64,000 bases of DNA. It comes from Glaucostegus cemiculus. Its lineage: Eukaryota. Under the pieces are notes generated by a model. That model made no database searches. It was not told the origin of the DNA and saw nothing but the letters and a program-made list of their open reading frames with translations. This document shows, piece after piece, positions 61,909-64,000 of this stretch. The stretch covers positions 992,001 through 1,056,000 of the forward strand of contig CDPCPM010000979.1 in NCBI GenBank assembly GCA_976551045.1, in the 5' to 3' direction. How positions within the stretch are numbered: position 1 is the first letter of the stretch; each line of letters opens with the position of its first letter. The position numbers were made by a program, and so were the translations under genes.

Positions 61909-62948
61909 AATCAGAATCAGTTTTATTGTCACAACCACATACATACAAAGTATGCAGAGGAGCGAGATACCGTCCTCCTCAGGTGCTCGTCCCATACAAA
62001 AAAATGACATAACAACCAACAGAGACACATACACACTTGGCAGAATACATAGTGTAGATCATTACACCTTAAAAGCTAAGGGGATTGAACTTAAATTCAG
62101 GATCGATTTATCGATTTTCACTTACACATATACATGTGCAAAGACATCAAAGACAATAAAGGACACCTGGACAAAAACATCAAAACATTAACAGCCCCCC
62201 TGCCTCACCCCGCACCGACGACCACCTCCAACCCCCGCAGTCCTACAACCTCAGGGCCCACAGACCATCAACAACCTCCGGCCCACAGTCCGACCACCTC
62301 CAGCCCACAGTCCGACCACCTCCGGCCCACAGTCCGACCACCTCCGGCCCACAGTCCGACCACCTCCGGCCCACAGTCCGACCACCTCCGGCCCACAGTC
62401 CGACCACCTCCGGCCCACAGTCCGACCACCTCCGGCCCACAGTCCGACCACCTCCGGCCCACAGTCCGACCACCTCCGGCACCTTCGCCTCCGACTCCGC
62501 AGTCCGACGACCTCCGGACCCGAATTCCAGCTCCGCAGTCCGACGACCTCCGACCCGAATTCCGGCCTCGCATTCCAACGACCTCCGGCCCCGAACTCCG
62601 GCCTTGCAGTCCGACGACCTCCAGCCCGAATTCCGGCCTCGCAGTCCGACGACCTCCAGCCCGAATTCCGACTCCGCAGGCCGACCACCTCCGGCCCGAG
62701 CTGCCCCCTCACCGCCCGCATCCCGACGCCACCACGAGGCTCCCGGGCCTTCAAGACGCTGCCGCCTCCGATGAGATCCGACGAGCCGTCGGAGCTGACA
62801 GTACCGACAACGACTCCATAAAACGGCACACAAACATCAGAACAAAGAACACACAAGAAAAAAACTACAGAAAACACTAGAAGACTAACAAAAAAACACA
62901 AGGACTACAGACCTGGGAGAGGCCGCTGCAACCAGGTGCACCGCCATC
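61909..62948 (-). mobile_element. Non-autonomous Rex1-like retroelement (~1.04 kb) inserted into the CR1 EN domain
   Basis: The CR1 sequence is continuous across it (gtcacta|atgtctacgacatc). On the minus strand it starts GATGGCGG and ends gtgacAATAAAactgattctgatt. No RT or EN coding. Internal minisatellite. Confidence 0.7.
62270..62700 (+). repeat. 22-bp minisatellite (about 9 copies) grading into diverged ~33-bp units
   Basis: ggcccacagtccgaccacctcc is repeated to ~62480, followed by ccgacgacctccggcccgaattccggcctcgcagt-like units. It causes long Pro-rich and Gly-rich ORFs on both strands. Confidence 0.95.
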
Positions 62949-63296
62949 ATGTCTACGACATCATAATTCCACGTGCTGATCCACATTCTAAGTTCATCTC
63001 CCTTACCTAGAATACTCCTTGCATTGAAATAGACACAACTCAGAACATTAGTCCCACCACACTCAACCTTTTGGATGCACTCTTCACAGGTGTAGTCATC
63101 AGGGACACTGGAAGCTTCCCTGACTTCCCACATCATGCAAGAGAAGCACAGCACTACCCTGGGTGTCATTCCAACTGTTCTACCTGTCCAATAACGAAGA
63201 AAGAAAGGGAACATAACAGAACCTCACCTTAGCCTCCACCTCTTCTCACCAAAGCCCCTTGAGCCAAAGCTTCAGCTCTCCACTCCAACACCGACG

Positions 63297-63384
63297 ATCA
63301 GCAGCAGCCAATAGTAAGTTAGGGTTAAGCTCCAAAATGAGCGCTCCACTTAACCTGAACTTCTTACTATTGGCTGCTACTGAT
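63297..63384. repeat. Imperfect inverted repeat with two CCAAT boxes near the CR1 5' end
   Basis: atcagcagcagccaatagtaagttagggttaag (63297-63329) versus cttaacctgaacttcttactattggctgctactgat (63349-63384), with a 19-nt spacer. Confidence 0.7.
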
Positions 63385-64000
63385 TAGCTGATTAGCCAGT
63401 TATTACTAACAATAATCAAGTGTGCTTCTTTAAGGGTCCTGCTCACTGGAAATGAACACAAAGCCCACAGACTCACTTCCTTTGAAAACTCTCACCACTA
63501 GTTTCAAGTCCTGGTCCCTTCTCACTGGACATGATGCAGTGTCAGAGCATGAGAAGGAAAGGGCTTTCACTGCATGAACAGAGCATAGTTGATTCTATTG
63601 GATACAAAGACTTGGACTTTGTGCAATACAGAATTTTGCAGCCATGAAATTTCAAGTAATTATTTGTTGGCCCATGGTACACTAGAGATCTCACGTTATT
63701 TTCCAACTGCACAACACTCTCTGTGCCCTTGCATCTTAAAACACAGCCACCATCATCCCCAAACATGTAACTTTTGCAATGATAAACATGCTAAAATTGT
63801 GATGGCTGTTTTACTGTTCATTTTCAACAGGATGTAAATTGCTCCTAAAATTGTTTCCATTTTCTGCAGTGCTACTTTTCTCTCCAGTTTCCACTTACAT
63901 TTATTTTCATTTCACTGACTGTAAAAATTATCATAAACCAACCTAATACAGAAAAGTTGTTATCTGTTTCTTTTATGAAAAGGCTTTCCTTAAGAAGCAT

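Larger units (their letters stand above)
59631..63400 (-). mobile_element. Near full-length CR1 LINE (ORF1 zinc-finger remnant, EN, RT, 3' UTR) with internal deletions
   Basis: VLCFSCMMWEVR...DDYTCEEC (ORF1 finger), YFNARSI..KGDEL (EN start), FRPPNS, SGVPQGSVLG, KFADDTKIGG, EYCVQFWSP and tail (ACTCTATG)n. It is interrupted by an insertion at 61909-62948. The 5' boundary is uncertain. Confidence 0.9.

Noticed and set aside
62134-62901. Overlapping 196-248-aa Pro-rich and Gly-rich ORFs on both strands
   Set aside because: They are generated by the GC-rich 22-bp and 33-bp tandem array inside an inserted element.

Overview
Eukaryotic, repeat-rich vertebrate DNA. The repeat families (CR1 LINEs, Rex1/Babar LINEs, V-domain tRNA SINEs, Penelope-like elements) suggest a cartilaginous fish, probably a ray or sawfish; this is inference, not a database result. 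I recognise no host protein-coding gene. Nearly all convincing ORFs are decayed retroelement fragments or read-through of minisatellites, so the window looks intronic or intergenic. It contains many CR1 copies (one nearly full length with an ORF1 zinc-finger remnant), several Rex1 copies, one 5'-truncated L1 with an 11-bp TSD, a Gypsy integrase relic, a young 240-bp solo LTR with a 4-bp TSD, three Penelope-like GIY-YIG relics, six V-SINEs and four tandem arrays. The most notable observations are: (i) more than a dozen dispersed Penelope terminal-repeat fragments, several carrying a minimal hammerhead-ribozyme-like motif; (ii) V-SINEs with the same head and core but either a CR1-type or a Rex1-type tail; (iii) a ~1-kb non-coding Rex1-like passenger element with an internal minisatellite; (iv) a solo LTR packed with CpG-island promoter motifs; (v) a twin-priming-type inversion in a Rex1 copy. 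Boundaries of old elements were read by eye and are approximate.
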